Assembly: GCA_963828255.1 (NCBI GenBank) | Contig: CAWHDZ010000014.1 | Span: forward strand, 1-59,323 | DNA from: an uncultured delta proteobacterium | GTDB taxonomy: Bacteria; Myxococcota; Myxococcia; Myxococcales; Anaeromyxobacteraceae | Length of the DNA: 59,323 bases | Direction: 5' to 3' | In this document: positions 9,014-19,680 of the stretch, in pieces | Numbering within the stretch: the stretch's first letter is position 1 | Layout: each line of letters begins with the position of its first letter | Made by a program: the position numbers and the translations under genes | Notes under the pieces: generated by a model | What the model was told of the DNA's origin: nothing | The model's database searches: none | What the model saw: only the letters and a program-made list of their open reading frames with translations

Positions 9014-9941
9014 AGCGCACCACGTCCGCGAGCGCCCCCATGAACTCGGGGTGAACTCCGACGGCGGCGGCCCGGTGGTACTCGAGCGCCCCGCCCTTCC
9101 TGGCCGCATCGGCCGCCAGCATGTCCATGTCGTAGAGGGTCTCCAGGTGCTCGGAGACGAAGGCGATGGGGTGGGTCACCACCGCGCGCCCGCGGGAGTT
9201 GGCCTCGAGCCACTCGCTGGTGTCGGGGCCGAGCCACTTGGCCGGCCCCACCTTGCTCTGGTAGGTGACCTGGTACTCCTTCACCCCGGCGCGCTCCGCG
9301 GTGCCGCGGGCGCTCTTCTCGACCTCGGCCGGGTACGGGTCTCCCTTGTTCACCTGGCTCATGGGGAGCCCGTGGGCGCTGAAGACCACCAGCAGCTTGT
9401 CGCGGTTCTCCGGCTTCACCTTGGCGATGGCGTCGCGCAGCGTGGCCGCCGAGGCCTCCAGGTAGCGAGGGTGGTCCGGGTAGCTGCAGACCTCGAAGAG
9501 CGGCTTCTCCCGGGGCCAGAGGCGGCGCATCTCGCGCAGCGAGCTCGTCGTCGTGGCGTTCGCGAACTGGGGGTAGAGCGGCAGGGAGACCGCCTGCTCC
9601 GCCCCGGCGGCCAGGGCGGCCCGGATCCCCTCCCCGGTGCTGGGGTGCCCGCAGCGCATGGCCAGCTGGACCGTGAAGTCGGGCCCGAGCACGTCCTGGA
9701 GCGCCCGGGCCTGGGCCTCGGTGCCCTCGACGAGCGGGGAGCGCCCGCCGATGAGCGCGTACTTCTCCGACGACGAGGGCGCACGCAGCTTGCTGATGAG
9801 CTTCGCGAAGAGCGGGCGGAACGGGCCGAAGGGGGCGGTGACCACCAGCGGGTCGGCGAAGAGCTCGTAGAGGTAGGGCTCGACCTCGGCCAGGTTCCGC
9901 GGGCCGCCCAGGTTCATCAGGAAGACTGCGGTCTTCTTCAT
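8976..9941 (-). CDS. hemH: Ferrochelatase
   Basis: LMNLGGP, IGGRSPL, LPLYPQF, FSAHGLP, GDPY and FVSEHLETLYDMD motifs. Confidence 0.97.
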   Translation of the reverse strand: MKKTAVFLMNLGGPRNLAEVEPYLYELFADPLVVTAPFGPFRPLFAKLISKLRAPSSSEKYALIGGRSPLVEGTEAQARALQDVLGPDFTVQLAMRCGHPSTGEGIRAALAAGAEQAVSLPLYPQFANATTTSSLREMRRLWPREKPLFEVCSYPDHPRYLEASAATLRDAIAKVKPENRDKLLVVFSAHGLPMSQVNKGDPYPAEVEKSARGTAERAGVKEYQVTYQSKVGPAKWLGPDTSEWLEANSRGRAVVTHPIAFVSEHLETLYDMDMLAADAARKGGALEYHRAAAVGVHPEFMGALADVVRFTLERAVPSPRG

Positions 9942-9942
9942 C

Positions 9943-11325
9943 TCAGACGGTCCGGGAGAAGGTCTGCTTCTTGTCGGCCGCGCGGCGCGGGAGGTAGGCG
10001 TCGAACATCATGGCCACGTTGCGGACCAGGAGCTGCCCGACCGGCGTGACCTTGAGGACGTCGCCGTCGAAGGTGACGAGTCCGTCGGAGACCAGCTCGG
10101 CGAGACCGGACTTCATGGAGGCCTCGATCTCGGCGCGGGCCCCAGGCCCGAACATCCCCGCGACCTCCCGGAGGTCGAGCCGGAGCAGGCACATCACCCG
10201 GTTGATGACGTGGCGCCGCATCACGTCGTCCTCGTTCACCGAGGCGCCCTTCACCACCGGGAGGATGCCGGCCTCCACCTTCTCGGTCCACTCCCTGAGC
10301 TTGTGGGCGTTCTGCGCGTATGCGCCTCCCAGGTCGGAGATGGAGCTCATGCCGAAGGCGATGGTGTCGTCGGCCGGACGGACGGTGTAACCCTGGAAGT
10401 TGCGGGTGAGGACGCCCTCGTCCTGGGCGCGGGTCATCTCGTCGGCCTCCAGCGCGAAGTGGTCGAGGCCGATGAGCCGGTACCCGTTCCGGGTGAAGGT
10501 CTCCACCGCGTCGAAGAAGAGGGCCACCCGCTCCGAGGTCCTGGGCAGCGCCGCCTCGGGAAGCAGCCGCTGGTGCGGCTTCACCCACGGTACGTAGGCG
10601 AACCCGAACACCGCCAGGCGGTCGGGCCGGATGGCCAGGATGCGTTCCAGGGTGCGCTTCCAGGTCTCGCGGGTCTGGAAGGGCAGCCCGTAGATGAGGT
10701 CGAGGTTCACGCCCTTGAAACCGTCGTCGCGGGCCGCCTGGACCAGGTCGGCGGTCTCCTTCTCGCTCTGGATGCGCCCCACCGTCTCCTGCACCTTGGG
10801 ATCGAAGTCCTGGACCCCCATGGAGATGCGGTTGAAGCCCAGCCCGGCGAGCGCGGCGATCTGCGAGCGGGTGGTGATGGCCGGGTCGATCTCCACGGCC
10901 TTCTCCCCGTCCTTCGCGAACGCGAAGTGGCGGGTGATGATCTCGTGGCAGCGGGCCAGCTGCTTCTCGTCGAGGAAGGTGGGGGTGCCGCCGCCCCAGT
11001 GGAGCTGGGTGAAGGTGCGCCGGTTGGGCAGGTGCCTGGCCACCAGCGCGACCTCCTTCTCGAGGACGTCGAGGTAGGCGTCGGCGCGGGTGCGGTCGTG
11101 CGTGGCCACCACGTTGCACCCGCAGAATCGGCACATCTCCCGGCAGAATGGCAGGTGGACGTAGATGGAGAGCGGTCCCTTCACCGCGTCGGCTCGCGCC
11201 AGGTGCCCGGCGAACTGGTCCGGGCCGAGCGCGTCGGTCCACTCGGGCGCGGTCGGGTAGCTGGTGTAGCGCGGTCCGGGCCGGTCGTACTTCTGGATCA
11301 ACTCGGGAGGGGGGATGGAGGTCAC
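9943..11325 (-). CDS. hemN: Oxygen-independent coproporphyrinogen III oxidase
   Basis: GPRYTSYPTA, CREMCRFCGC radical-SAM motif, HWGGGTPT, RNFQGY and C-terminal FSRTV. Confidence 0.97.
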   Translation of the reverse strand: MTSIPPPELIQKYDRPGPRYTSYPTAPEWTDALGPDQFAGHLARADAVKGPLSIYVHLPFCREMCRFCGCNVVATHDRTRADAYLDVLEKEVALVARHLPNRRTFTQLHWGGGTPTFLDEKQLARCHEIITRHFAFAKDGEKAVEIDPAITTRSQIAALAGLGFNRISMGVQDFDPKVQETVGRIQSEKETADLVQAARDDGFKGVNLDLIYGLPFQTRETWKRTLERILAIRPDRLAVFGFAYVPWVKPHQRLLPEAALPRTSERVALFFDAVETFTRNGYRLIGLDHFALEADEMTRAQDEGVLTRNFQGYTVRPADDTIAFGMSSISDLGGAYAQNAHKLREWTEKVEAGILPVVKGASVNEDDVMRRHVINRVMCLLRLDLREVAGMFGPGARAEIEASMKSGLAELVSDGLVTFDGDVLKVTPVGQLLVRNVAMMFDAYLPRRAADKKQTFSRTV

Positions 11326-11328
11326 GGC

Positions 11329-12396
11329 TCACCCACGGGGAACGGGGAAGGCGTGGACCGCGTCGACGACCGCCTTGACGTTCTCCGGCGGCGTGGGCGG
11401 GGTGATGCCGTGCCCGAGGTTGAAGATGAAACCGGGGGCGCGGCTCCCTTCTTCCAGCAGCGCACGGGTGCGCTCGAGGAGGAGCTTCTGCGGCCCGAGG
11501 AGCAGGATCGAGTCCAGGTTCCCCTGGATGGCGAGGCCGGACGCCTGGGCCCGGGCCTCGGAGATGGGGATGCGCCAGTCCACCGAGAGCACGTCGTAGC
11601 CCAGCTTCGACATCGGGCCGATGTGGGTGCTCGTGGTGGTGGAGAAGAGGATCGACGGCACCCCCAGCGGCCGCACCGCCTCGGCGATGCGGGCCAGGTA
11701 CGGGAAGACGTAGGCCTCGAGGTCCTCGCGCCCCAGCTCGCCCAGCCAGCTCTCGAAGATCTGCACGGCCTGCGCGCCGGCATCGACCTGGGCCTGGAGC
11801 TGCACGATGGCGGCGCGGGTGAGCTTCTCGAAGAGGGCGTGGGCGGCGGGGGGATCGGTGTAGAGCAGCGTCTTCAGGCGGGTGAAGCCCTGGCTGCCCC
11901 CCTCGACGGCGTAGCTGGCCACGGTGAACGGGCCGCCCACGAAGCCGATGAGCGGCACCCTGCCGGAGAGCGTCCTCTGGATGGCCTTGATGCCCGCGGC
12001 GACGTAGGGGAGGTCGCGGGCCGGGTCGGGGATCTTGAGGGCGTCCACGCCGGCGCGGTCGCGCACCGGGTTGGCGATCTTCGGGCCCCCGTCTCCCTTG
12101 CCTTTCTCCCCCTTCTCGAAGGTGAGGTCGAGCCCCATGGCGGGCAGGTGGATGAGGATGTCGGAGAAGAGGATGGCCGCGTCGAAGCCGAACTCGTCGA
12201 TGGGCGACGCCGTCACCTGGGCGATGAGTTCCGGGGAATGGCAGAGCTCCAGGAACCCGACCTTCTGGCGGACGGCGCGGTAGCTGGGCTGGTAGCGTCC
12301 GGCCTGACGCATCATCCAGACCGGGACGCGGTCCACGGGCAGTCTTCGGCAGGCGCGCAGGAAGCGGGACGAGGGCTCGTTCGAGGTCGGGCTCAT
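11329..12396 (-). CDS. hemE: Uroporphyrinogen decarboxylase
   Basis: PVWMMRQAGRY, DAAILFSDIL, IQGNLD and FNLGHGI motifs. Confidence 0.97.
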   Translation of the reverse strand: MSPTSNEPSSRFLRACRRLPVDRVPVWMMRQAGRYQPSYRAVRQKVGFLELCHSPELIAQVTASPIDEFGFDAAILFSDILIHLPAMGLDLTFEKGEKGKGDGGPKIANPVRDRAGVDALKIPDPARDLPYVAAGIKAIQRTLSGRVPLIGFVGGPFTVASYAVEGGSQGFTRLKTLLYTDPPAAHALFEKLTRAAIVQLQAQVDAGAQAVQIFESWLGELGREDLEAYVFPYLARIAEAVRPLGVPSILFSTTTSTHIGPMSKLGYDVLSVDWRIPISEARAQASGLAIQGNLDSILLLGPQKLLLERTRALLEEGSRAPGFIFNLGHGITPPTPPENVKAVVDAVHAFPVPRG

Positions 12397-12460
12397 CGGC
12401 CGGGGTTCATAACATGGCCCCCCGGAGGGGGCCAGCGCGCGGGAAACCCCGGCGGCGCTA

Positions 12461-12745
12461 TCAGGAGAGGGCGGCCCGGACGGACGGGGCGGCGACCCCG
12501 GCGACCCGGACGGTCTTGCGCCGCCCGGTGTCCCCTCGCTCGATGGACACGTCGGAGCGGCGCGCGCAGAGCGCGTCGGCCAGGAACTCCACCAGGGCGG
12601 CGTTGGCCTCCCCGTCCACGGGGGGTGCGGCCAGCTGCACCTTGAGCCGGCCGTCGTGCACCCCGACCACGCGGGTGCGGGAGGCCCTGGGCTGCACCAG
12701 GATCTCCAGGATCACCCCGCCCGGCGCCTCGCGGAGCCAGGGCAT
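12461..12745 (-). CDS. yggU: DUF167/YggU family protein
   Basis: [12 protein letters not shown]...[23 protein letters not shown]...G.TGRRK. Confidence 0.9.
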   Translation of the reverse strand: MPWLREAPGGVILEILVQPRASRTRVVGVHDGRLKVQLAAPPVDGEANAALVEFLADALCARRSDVSIERGDTGRRKTVRVAGVAAPSVRAALS

Positions 12746-13548
12746 CAGCGGATCCCGACGAGCGCGATCTTCGCCTTGTCGGCGCGGCGGACCATCTCGT
12801 CCAGATCCATCACCAGCGTCGTGCCGGCCTCGACGGCGAGCACCTGGCAGCCCGCCTCCCTCATCGAGTCGATGGTGTCGGGCCCCACCGCGGGCAGGTC
12901 GAAGCGCCGGTCCTGCTGCGGCTTCAGCGCCTTCACGACCACCGCTCCCTCCCGGGCGAGCTCGCCCCCGCGCCGGATGCAGGCGTCGGTGCCCTCCAGG
13001 ACCTCGACGGCCACGGCGGTGCGGTCCTTCACGACCACCGTCTGCCCCAGGTCGAGCCTCCCGACGGCGCGGGCCAGCTCGAGCCCGAAGCGGGCGTCGG
13101 CCCACTGCTCCTCGGTGGGTTGCCGCTTGCCCAGGACGCCCTCGCGGGCCAGGCGGTCCTGCAGGAAGCGGGTCGGGTCGGTCACCGGCAGGCCGCGCTC
13201 CTCGGCCGCAGTGGCGATGGCCCGGAGCACGTTGTCGTCGCTCTTCACCGCCACCCGCGCCACGATCTGCAGCCCCAGCCCGTCGAGCCAGGCGTCGCGG
13301 AAGAAGCGGGCCTTGGCGATGGAGCCGAGCATGACCACCTCGGTGCAGCCCCCGGACTTGAAGGCCTCGAGCACCTTCCCGAACTGGCCGAGCTTCACCC
13401 AGGTGCAGGCGTCCACCATCTTCTCGAGGGCCGGGTCGGTCTGGTTCACGTGGGCCGCGGCCACCACCCGGTGACCCGCGCGGCGCGCGCTCTCGGCGAA
13501 GAGGAGGGGGAAGCGTCCGCCGCCGGCGATGAGGCCGATGGTGGCCAT
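12745..13548 (-). CDS. lpxI: UDP-2,3-diacylglucosamine diphosphatase LpxI
   Basis: [27 protein letters not shown] and [14 protein letters not shown] motifs; directly after lpxA. Confidence 0.93.
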   Translation of the reverse strand: MATIGLIAGGGRFPLLFAESARRAGHRVVAAAHVNQTDPALEKMVDACTWVKLGQFGKVLEAFKSGGCTEVVMLGSIAKARFFRDAWLDGLGLQIVARVAVKSDDNVLRAIATAAEERGLPVTDPTRFLQDRLAREGVLGKRQPTEEQWADARFGLELARAVGRLDLGQTVVVKDRTAVAVEVLEGTDACIRRGGELAREGAVVVKALKPQQDRRFDLPAVGPDTIDSMREAGCQVLAVEAGTTLVMDLDEMVRRADKAKIALVGIR

Positions 13549-13550
13549 GC

Positions 13551-14324
13551 CTAGCGCATGATCCCCCGCTTGGAGCCCTCGATGAACTTCACCCAGTGTG
13601 CAATCTCGGCGTGCTGTCCCAGCTCGGACCGGACCTGGGCCAGGGCATCCTGGAGCGGCAGCTTGGCCCGGTAGACGATCCGGTAGGCCTCCTTCACCCG
13701 GGCGACCTGCTCCTCGGTGAAGCCGGCCCGCTGCAGGCCGACCGTGTTGATGCCCATGATCTCGCCGCGCTGGCCCGAGGCCATGAGGTAGGGGGCCACG
13801 TCCATGTTCACGCCGGTCAGGCCGCCCACGTAGGCCAGCCTTCCGATGCGGGAGAACTGCTGCACCGCCGAGAGCCCCCCGAAGATGACCCCGTCCTCGG
13901 CCTCGACGTGTCCGGCCAGCGCGCAGAACGTGGCCACGATGCAGCGGTCGCCGAGCTGGACGTCGTGGGCCACGTGGGCCGAGGCCATGATCAGGCACTG
14001 GTTGGCGAGCCGGGTCACCCCGCCGCCCCCGACCGTACCGGTGTGGACCGAGGCGAACTCGCGGACCAGGTTCCCGTCCCCCATCTCCAGGCGGGTGTCC
14101 TCGCCGCGGTACTTGAGGTCCTGCGGCGGCGCCCCCACCACGGCGTGGGCGAAGATGCGGTTGCCCTTGCCCAGCGTGGTGTTGCCGTCCACGAGGGCGT
14201 GGGCCCCGACCGTGTTTCCCGGGCCCATGCGGACCTTCGGGCCGATGACCGCGTAGGGGCCGATCTCGCAGCCCGGATCGATCTCCGCGCCCGACGCGAC
14301 GACGGCGGTGGGATGGATGGCCAC
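13551..14324 (-). CDS. lpxA: UDP-N-acetylglucosamine O-acyltransferase
   Basis: GTG start; IHPTAVV hexapeptide repeats, PQDLKY, HVAHD and LAGHV motifs. Confidence 0.96.
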   Translation of the reverse strand: MAIHPTAVVASGAEIDPGCEIGPYAVIGPKVRMGPGNTVGAHALVDGNTTLGKGNRIFAHAVVGAPPQDLKYRGEDTRLEMGDGNLVREFASVHTGTVGGGGVTRLANQCLIMASAHVAHDVQLGDRCIVATFCALAGHVEAEDGVIFGGLSAVQQFSRIGRLAYVGGLTGVNMDVAPYLMASGQRGEIMGINTVGLQRAGFTEEQVARVKEAYRIVYRAKLPLQDALAQVRSELGQHAEIAHWVKFIEGSKRGIMR

Positions 14325-14326
14325 GG

Positions 14327-14794
14327 TCAGCCTTCCTTCTTCCGATCGACCAGCATGGCCATGAACTCGGCCTCGGCGACGGTCTCCCCGTCCACCACGG
14401 CCCTGCCCTTCTGCTTCCAGATGGCGCCCTTGCGCTTCACCACCTCGACGTGCAGCTCGATCCGGTCGCCCGGGACCACCGGCTTGCGGAAGCGGGCGTT
14501 GTCGATGGCCATGAGGTAGGTGACCTTGTCGCCCGGCTCCTCGAGCATCGACCCCTTGGCGAGGAGCGCCGAGGCCTGGGCCAGCGCCTCCAGGATGAGC
14601 ACGCCGGGCATGACCGGGTGTCCCGGGAAGTGGCCGGCGAAGAAGGGCTCGTTCACGGTGACGCACTTCACCGCCACCAGCGTCTTCATGGGCTCCATGG
14701 AGAGCACCCGGTCCACCAGCAGGAACGGGTAGCGGTGGGGGAGGATGGCCTCGATGGCATTGACGTCCATCAGGGGTACGGGCTTGTCGCTCAT
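14327..14794 (-). CDS. fabZ: 3-hydroxyacyl-ACP dehydratase
   Basis: [38 protein letters not shown] and FRKPVVPGD motifs. Confidence 0.97.
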   Translation of the reverse strand: MSDKPVPLMDVNAIEAILPHRYPFLLVDRVLSMEPMKTLVAVKCVTVNEPFFAGHFPGHPVMPGVLILEALAQASALLAKGSMLEEPGDKVTYLMAIDNARFRKPVVPGDRIELHVEVVKRKGAIWKQKGRAVVDGETVAEAEFMAMLVDRKKEG

Positions 14795-15837
14795 GCTTCC
14801 TCCTGGAGCTTCCTCAAGGCCTTCTCGAGCTCTCGAACCCGCTTCACCAGCGCCGGAAGCGCGCGGACCGCGGCCGACTCCCGCAGCCAGTCCCGGTGCG
14901 GCCCGGCCGGAAAGCCGGAGTAGATCTCGCCCGCCGGCACGTCGTTGTGGACCCCCGCCTTGGCCGCGAACCTGGCCCCGTCGCCGATGGTGAGGTGACC
15001 GACCATCCCGACCTGGCCACCCATGGCGACGCCCATGCCCACCTTGGTCGACCCGGAGATCCCGCTCTGGGCGGCGATGAGCGAGAGCGGGCCGATGTCC
15101 ACGTTGTGGGCCAGCTGCACCAGGTTGTCGATCTTGGCCCCCCGGCGCACGATCGTCTTGCCCAGGGTGGCCCGGTCCACCGTTGAGTTGGCGCCCAGCT
15201 CGACGTCGTCCTCCAGCTCGGCGATGCCCGACTGGGGAACCTTGACGTGGCGGGGGCCGGAGCCGTCCCCCTCCATGTCGAAGGCGAACCCGAAGCCGTC
15301 GCCTCCCAGCACCGCTCCGGGCTGCAGCGTGCACCGGTTTCCCACCACGCAGCGCTCCCGGACCACCACGTTGGGGTGGAGGACGCAGTCGTCGCCGATG
15401 CGCGCCCCGTCGCCGACCACCACCCCCGGGAAGAGGATGGTCCGGGCGCCGATGGTGGCGCCCCTTCCGACGTGCGCCAGGTCCTGGATCTCGGCGCTCG
15501 GGTCGATCACCGCGCCGTCGGAGATCACCGCGCGAGGCGAGATCTCCGGGACCGGCTCGCGGGGCGGGTGGAAGAGCGTCGCGATCCTGGCGAAGGCCAG
15601 GTAGGCGTTGGCCGCCCGGAGCACCGTGCGCCCCGCGGGCGCCTCCTCGTTCTCCCCCACGATCACCGCGCCGGCACGGGTGGCCGCGAAGGCCGCCGCG
15701 TACCTGCGGTTCGCGAAGAAGGAGACGTCGGACGGCCCGGCCTCCTCGAGCGGCATGACCCGCTCGATGCGCAGCGAGCCGTCCCCCTCGACGCGGCCGC
15801 CGACCCGTTCCGCCAGCTCGGCGAGGCTGAAGTGCAC
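14791..15837 (-). CDS. lpxD: UDP-3-O-acylglucosamine N-acyltransferase
   Basis: Hexapeptide repeats; GGDGFGF, KVPQSG, VDRATLG and KIDNLVQLAHNV motifs. Confidence 0.96.
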   Translation of the reverse strand: MHFSLAELAERVGGRVEGDGSLRIERVMPLEEAGPSDVSFFANRRYAAAFAATRAGAVIVGENEEAPAGRTVLRAANAYLAFARIATLFHPPREPVPEISPRAVISDGAVIDPSAEIQDLAHVGRGATIGARTILFPGVVVGDGARIGDDCVLHPNVVVRERCVVGNRCTLQPGAVLGGDGFGFAFDMEGDGSGPRHVKVPQSGIAELEDDVELGANSTVDRATLGKTIVRRGAKIDNLVQLAHNVDIGPLSLIAAQSGISGSTKVGMGVAMGGQVGMVGHLTIGDGARFAAKAGVHNDVPAGEIYSGFPAGPHRDWLRESAAVRALPALVKRVRELEKALRKLQEEA

Positions 15838-15845
15838 GGGACCTC

Positions 15846-16430
15846 CTACTTCGCGGCGGGAGCCGCCGGCGCGGCCTTCTTGGCGTCCGCCTTCTTGGCG
15901 GGGGTGCCCGTCTTGCCGTACTTGGCGTTGTACCGCCGGATGAGCTCGTTCGTCATGTTGCCCGCGGGCGGGGCCACCATCAGGCCGGCGTTCTGCTGCT
16001 CGAACACGTAGCCGTAGCCCTCGGCGACGGCGATGTCCTTGATGACCGCCTCCATCTTGTCGAAGATGACCTTCATCATCTCCCGCTCGCGCTCCTGCAG
16101 GTCCTTCTGCATCTGCACGTAGAGTTGCTGCATCTCGTTGACCTTGCGCTCGAACTCCATGGCCTTCTCGCGCTTGGCCTCGTCGGACATGACGACCATC
16201 TGCTTGTCGAGGTCTTCCTTCATCCGCTTGAGCTCGTTCTGCTTGTCGTCGAGCGTCTTCTGCTTCTGGTCGAACTCCTTCTTGAGGACGTCGCGGGCGG
16301 CCTTGCCCTCCTCGACCTCGGTGACCGCCTGCTGGAGGTTGACGTAGCCGATCTTGGCCTCGGCGGCCCGGGCGGCCTGGGGGACTGCGATCGCCAGCGC
16401 GAAGGCGGCGAGGACGGGGACGGTGCGCAT
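15846..16430 (-). CDS. skp: OmpH/Skp periplasmic chaperone
   Basis: Signal peptide, KIGYVNLQ and a long coiled coil; lies between bamA and lpxD. Confidence 0.9.
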   Translation of the reverse strand: MRTVPVLAAFALAIAVPQAARAAEAKIGYVNLQQAVTEVEEGKAARDVLKKEFDQKQKTLDDKQNELKRMKEDLDKQMVVMSDEAKREKAMEFERKVNEMQQLYVQMQKDLQEREREMMKVIFDKMEAVIKDIAVAEGYGYVFEQQNAGLMVAPPAGNMTNELIRRYNAKYGKTGTPAKKADAKKAAPAAPAAK

Positions 16431-16450
16431 GGACTCTCCTCTTGTTTCGG

Positions 16451-18940
16451 TCAGAAGAAGCTGCCGATGGTGAACTGGAAGTCGACGGGGGCGTCGATGA
16501 AGGCGCCGGTGATGGGGTCGCGACGGCGGTTCAACGGGAAGCCCCACTCGAAGCGGAGCGGGCCAATGGGGCTGAACCACCGGAAGCCGAAACCCCAGGC
16601 CTTGTAAAGCGAGAACGACACGTTGGGATCGATGTAGATGCCCGGAGCCCAGGCGTTGCCCATGTCGAAGAAGACCAGCGCCCGGATGCCCATCTTCTCG
16701 ATGATGGGGTACTCGAGCTCGAAGTTCATGACCAGCTGCTTGTTGCCGCCCACCTGGAGCAGGCGGATCGAGGAGTCCGGGTTGGGGCTCGCGCCCACCG
16801 CCGCCACCGGCGTGATGGAGTAGAGCCGGTACCCGCGGACGGTGTTCACGCCGCCCACATAGTAGAGCTCCGACACCGGGACCGGGTTGTTCTCGTTCCA
16901 GCCCCGGATCACGCCGAGCAGGATCCGGAAGCGGCCGGTCAGACCTTGCCAGATCTCCTGGTAGAAGCGGAACTCGAGCGTCTCCCGGTAGAACAGGTTC
17001 ACCTGGTCGCCGAAGAGGAAGCTGGGCGCCAGGAAGGGCGGGGCCAGGTCGATGGAGGCCGAGAGGAAGAAGCCCTTGGTGGGGAAGAGCCGGTTGTCGC
17101 GACGGTCCCAGGCCACCGCCAGGCGCGCCGCGCTGGTGACCCCGGAGCGGTAGCGGTTGTAGAGCAGGAGGTCCTGGACCGCCGCCGTGACCCGGACCCG
17201 CTCCAGCGTGTAGGTCAGGAAGACGCGCAGGTCCTCCAGCTTGGAGAGCCCGGGCAGGAACCAGGACAGCCCGGCCAGCTCGTAGCCCCAGGTGACCGAA
17301 CCGCCGATCGCACCTCGCGTGAACGTGGAGTAGAGGTTCTCGTTGGCGTAGAGGTCGAAGGCGAAGGTCCACTTGGTGTCGAAGAAGTAGGGCTCGACGA
17401 ACTGGATCTGGCCGAGTTGCCGGAGCGACGACCACTGCAACTGGAGCGAGAGGGTCTGGCCCCAGCCGAAGAAGTTGTTCTGGCTGATCTGGGCGGTGAG
17501 GATGAAGTTCTCGTAGGAGGAGAAGCCGGCGCCGACCTGGAAGGTTCCGGTGGCCTTCTCCTTCACCTCCACCACCGCCACGATGCGGTCGTCGGAGCTG
17601 CCCTTCTTGGTGGAGATCTCGACGGTCTCGAAGAACCCGAGAGCGGTGATGCGCTGCTTGGAGATCTTGATGGCGGTGGCGCTGAAGAGGTCGCCCTCGA
17701 AGATGCGCAGCTCGCGGCGGATCACCTTGTCGCGCGTCTTGGCGTTGCCCTGGATGTCGATGCGCTCGAAGAAGACCTTGCGGCCCGGCTGGACGTCGAA
17801 GGTGAGCCCCAGCGTGCGTTCCTTGGGGTCGAGCTTGGTGACGGGGTTGACGTTGACGTAGGCGTAGCCCATGTCCTTGAAGAAGTCGGCCACCGCGAAG
17901 AGGTCGTGGCCGACCTTGGAGCGCACGAAGAGCGCGCCCTCGGTGGACTGGAGGAGCTGGGGCAGGAAGGGGCGCATGCCGAGCAGCTCGCCCGAGAAGT
18001 CGAGCTTGCCCACGGTGTACTGCTCCCCCTCCTCGATGGGGATGCTCAGGAAGAGCATGGTGCGGTCGGGGCTGAGCGCGATGGTGGGCTTGCCCACCTT
18101 GACGCTGACGTAGCCCTTCTCGAGGTAGACCGCCTGGATGGCCTGGAGGTCGCGCTGGAAGGCGTCCTCCTTGTAGGTGCCCGCCGACGAGAGGAAGGCC
18201 AGGAAGTTGCCCTCCTGGGTCTGCATGTAGGGGAGGATCTCGTCCTTGGGGATGTTTTCGTTCCCCACGAAGTGGATGCGGCGGACCTGCACCTTGGCCC
18301 GCTCGTTCACGACCAGGACCACCACCACCTGGTTGTCGGGCCGGTCCTCGATCCGGAAGGTGACCTCGGCCAGGTAGAAGCCCTTCTCGGTGTACTTCTC
18401 CTGGATCTTCTTGACGGTCTTGCGGACCGCGGCGAGGTCGAGGATGGCGTAGCGCTTGATCTCGATGGACTCCTTGAGATCGTCGGCCGACAGCTCGTCG
18501 TTGCCCTCGAGCTTGTAGTCCTGGACCGAGGGCTTCTCGATCACCTTCACGACCAGCGTGGGGCGGGAGGCCGGTCCCTTCTCGTCGACGGAGACGTCGG
18601 AGAAGTAGCCGAGCTTCATGATGGCCCGGACGTCCTGCTGGATGGAGAGGGCGTCCACCGGGCCACCGGCCTTGGTGGTCATGGCGGCCTTGATGGCGTC
18701 CACCTCGACGCGCCGGTTGCCCTCGACCTCGATGGCGGCGACGGTCGGACCCGACGGCTCGGCCGCGGCCGGCTCGGGATCGGGCTCGGGGACCGCCACC
18801 GGCGGCGCCACGGGGTCCGGTGGCGGCGCGGCCACGGGGGTCGCGACAGGGGTCGCGACGGGCGGCTCCGCCTGGGCGCGCGCCATCGGCGGACCTGCCA
18901 GCAGGCAGACGAGTGCTGCGATGGGGAGGGTGCTCCTCAC
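16451..18940 (-). CDS. bamA: Outer membrane protein assembly factor BamA
   Basis: GTG at 18940; signal peptide, POTRA repeats (VEGNRRVE, GNAKTRDKVIRRE), GGVNTVRGY, SPIGPLRF and terminal FTIGSFF. Confidence 0.96.
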   Translation of the reverse strand: MRSTLPIAALVCLLAGPPMARAQAEPPVATPVATPVAAPPPDPVAPPVAVPEPDPEPAAAEPSGPTVAAIEVEGNRRVEVDAIKAAMTTKAGGPVDALSIQQDVRAIMKLGYFSDVSVDEKGPASRPTLVVKVIEKPSVQDYKLEGNDELSADDLKESIEIKRYAILDLAAVRKTVKKIQEKYTEKGFYLAEVTFRIEDRPDNQVVVVLVVNERAKVQVRRIHFVGNENIPKDEILPYMQTQEGNFLAFLSSAGTYKEDAFQRDLQAIQAVYLEKGYVSVKVGKPTIALSPDRTMLFLSIPIEEGEQYTVGKLDFSGELLGMRPFLPQLLQSTEGALFVRSKVGHDLFAVADFFKDMGYAYVNVNPVTKLDPKERTLGLTFDVQPGRKVFFERIDIQGNAKTRDKVIRRELRIFEGDLFSATAIKISKQRITALGFFETVEISTKKGSSDDRIVAVVEVKEKATGTFQVGAGFSSYENFILTAQISQNNFFGWGQTLSLQLQWSSLRQLGQIQFVEPYFFDTKWTFAFDLYANENLYSTFTRGAIGGSVTWGYELAGLSWFLPGLSKLEDLRVFLTYTLERVRVTAAVQDLLLYNRYRSGVTSAARLAVAWDRRDNRLFPTKGFFLSASIDLAPPFLAPSFLFGDQVNLFYRETLEFRFYQEIWQGLTGRFRILLGVIRGWNENNPVPVSELYYVGGVNTVRGYRLYSITPVAAVGASPNPDSSIRLLQVGGNKQLVMNFELEYPIIEKMGIRALVFFDMGNAWAPGIYIDPNVSFSLYKAWGFGFRWFSPIGPLRFEWGFPLNRRRDPITGAFIDAPVDFQFTIGSFF

Positions 18941-19005
18941 GAAGCCGCGGAATCTAGTGCATGCCCGGGAAAACCTCAAAGGCAATTGCCCGTCCTTCCG
19001 CCTGC

Positions 19006-19680
19006 CTAGACGAGGCGGCCGGCCGCCAGGCGCACCCGGCGACCCAGGGAGCCTGCCAGCTTCTCGTTGTGGGTCACCACCACCCCGGTGATGCCCAGGT
19101 CCCGGTTCAGCTGCTGGAGCAGGTCGTGGATGCCCTCGGCGGTCTGCGGATCGAGGTTTCCGGTGGGCTCGTCGGCGAGCAGCAGGCGCGGCTGGAGGAC
19201 CAGCGCGCGGGCCAGGGCCACCCGCTGCTGCTCCCCCCCGGACAGCTCGCCGGGCCGGTGGGCGATGCGCCCGGAGAGCCCCACCCGCTCCAGGCTCTCC
19301 TCGGCGCGGCGCCGGGCCTCCGCCCGGGGAAGCCGCCGGACCAGCCCGGGCATCATGGCGTTCTCGAGGGCGGTGAACTCCGGCAGCAGGTGGTGGCTCT
19401 GGAAGACGAACCCCACCGATTCGTTGCGGAACCCGGCCCGCTCCCCCTCGTCGAGGGAGGCCAGGTCGCGCCCCTCGAAGAGGACCCGCCCGGCCGTGGG
19501 GGCGTCGAGGGCACCCACCAGGTGCAGGAAGGTGCTCTTCCCGGCGCCCGACGGGCCGGTGAGCGCCACCATCTCGCCCGCCTCGATGGAGAGGGTGACG
19601 TCCTGCAGGACCTCGAGCCGCCTCCCGCCGGTGAGGTAGGTCTTGCCGAGACCCTGGATGTCGAGCAGGGAGGGCATCAC
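19006..19680 (-). CDS. lolD: Lipoprotein-releasing ABC ATP-binding protein
   Basis: [37 protein letters not shown] and DEPTGNLD motifs. Confidence 0.9.
   Translation of the reverse strand: MMPSLLDIQGLGKTYLTGGRRLEVLQDVTLSIEAGEMVALTGPSGAGKSTFLHLVGALDAPTAGRVLFEGRDLASLDEGERAGFRNESVGFVFQSHHLLPEFTALENAMMPGLVRRLPRAEARRRAEESLERVGLSGRIAHRPGELSGGEQQRVALARALVLQPRLLLADEPTGNLDPQTAEGIHDLLQQLNRDLGITGVVVTHNEKLAGSLGRRVRLAAGRLV

Noticed and set aside
12461..13548. lpxB absent after lpxI
   Set aside because: lpx genes are often split between loci, so this is uninformative without the whole genome.
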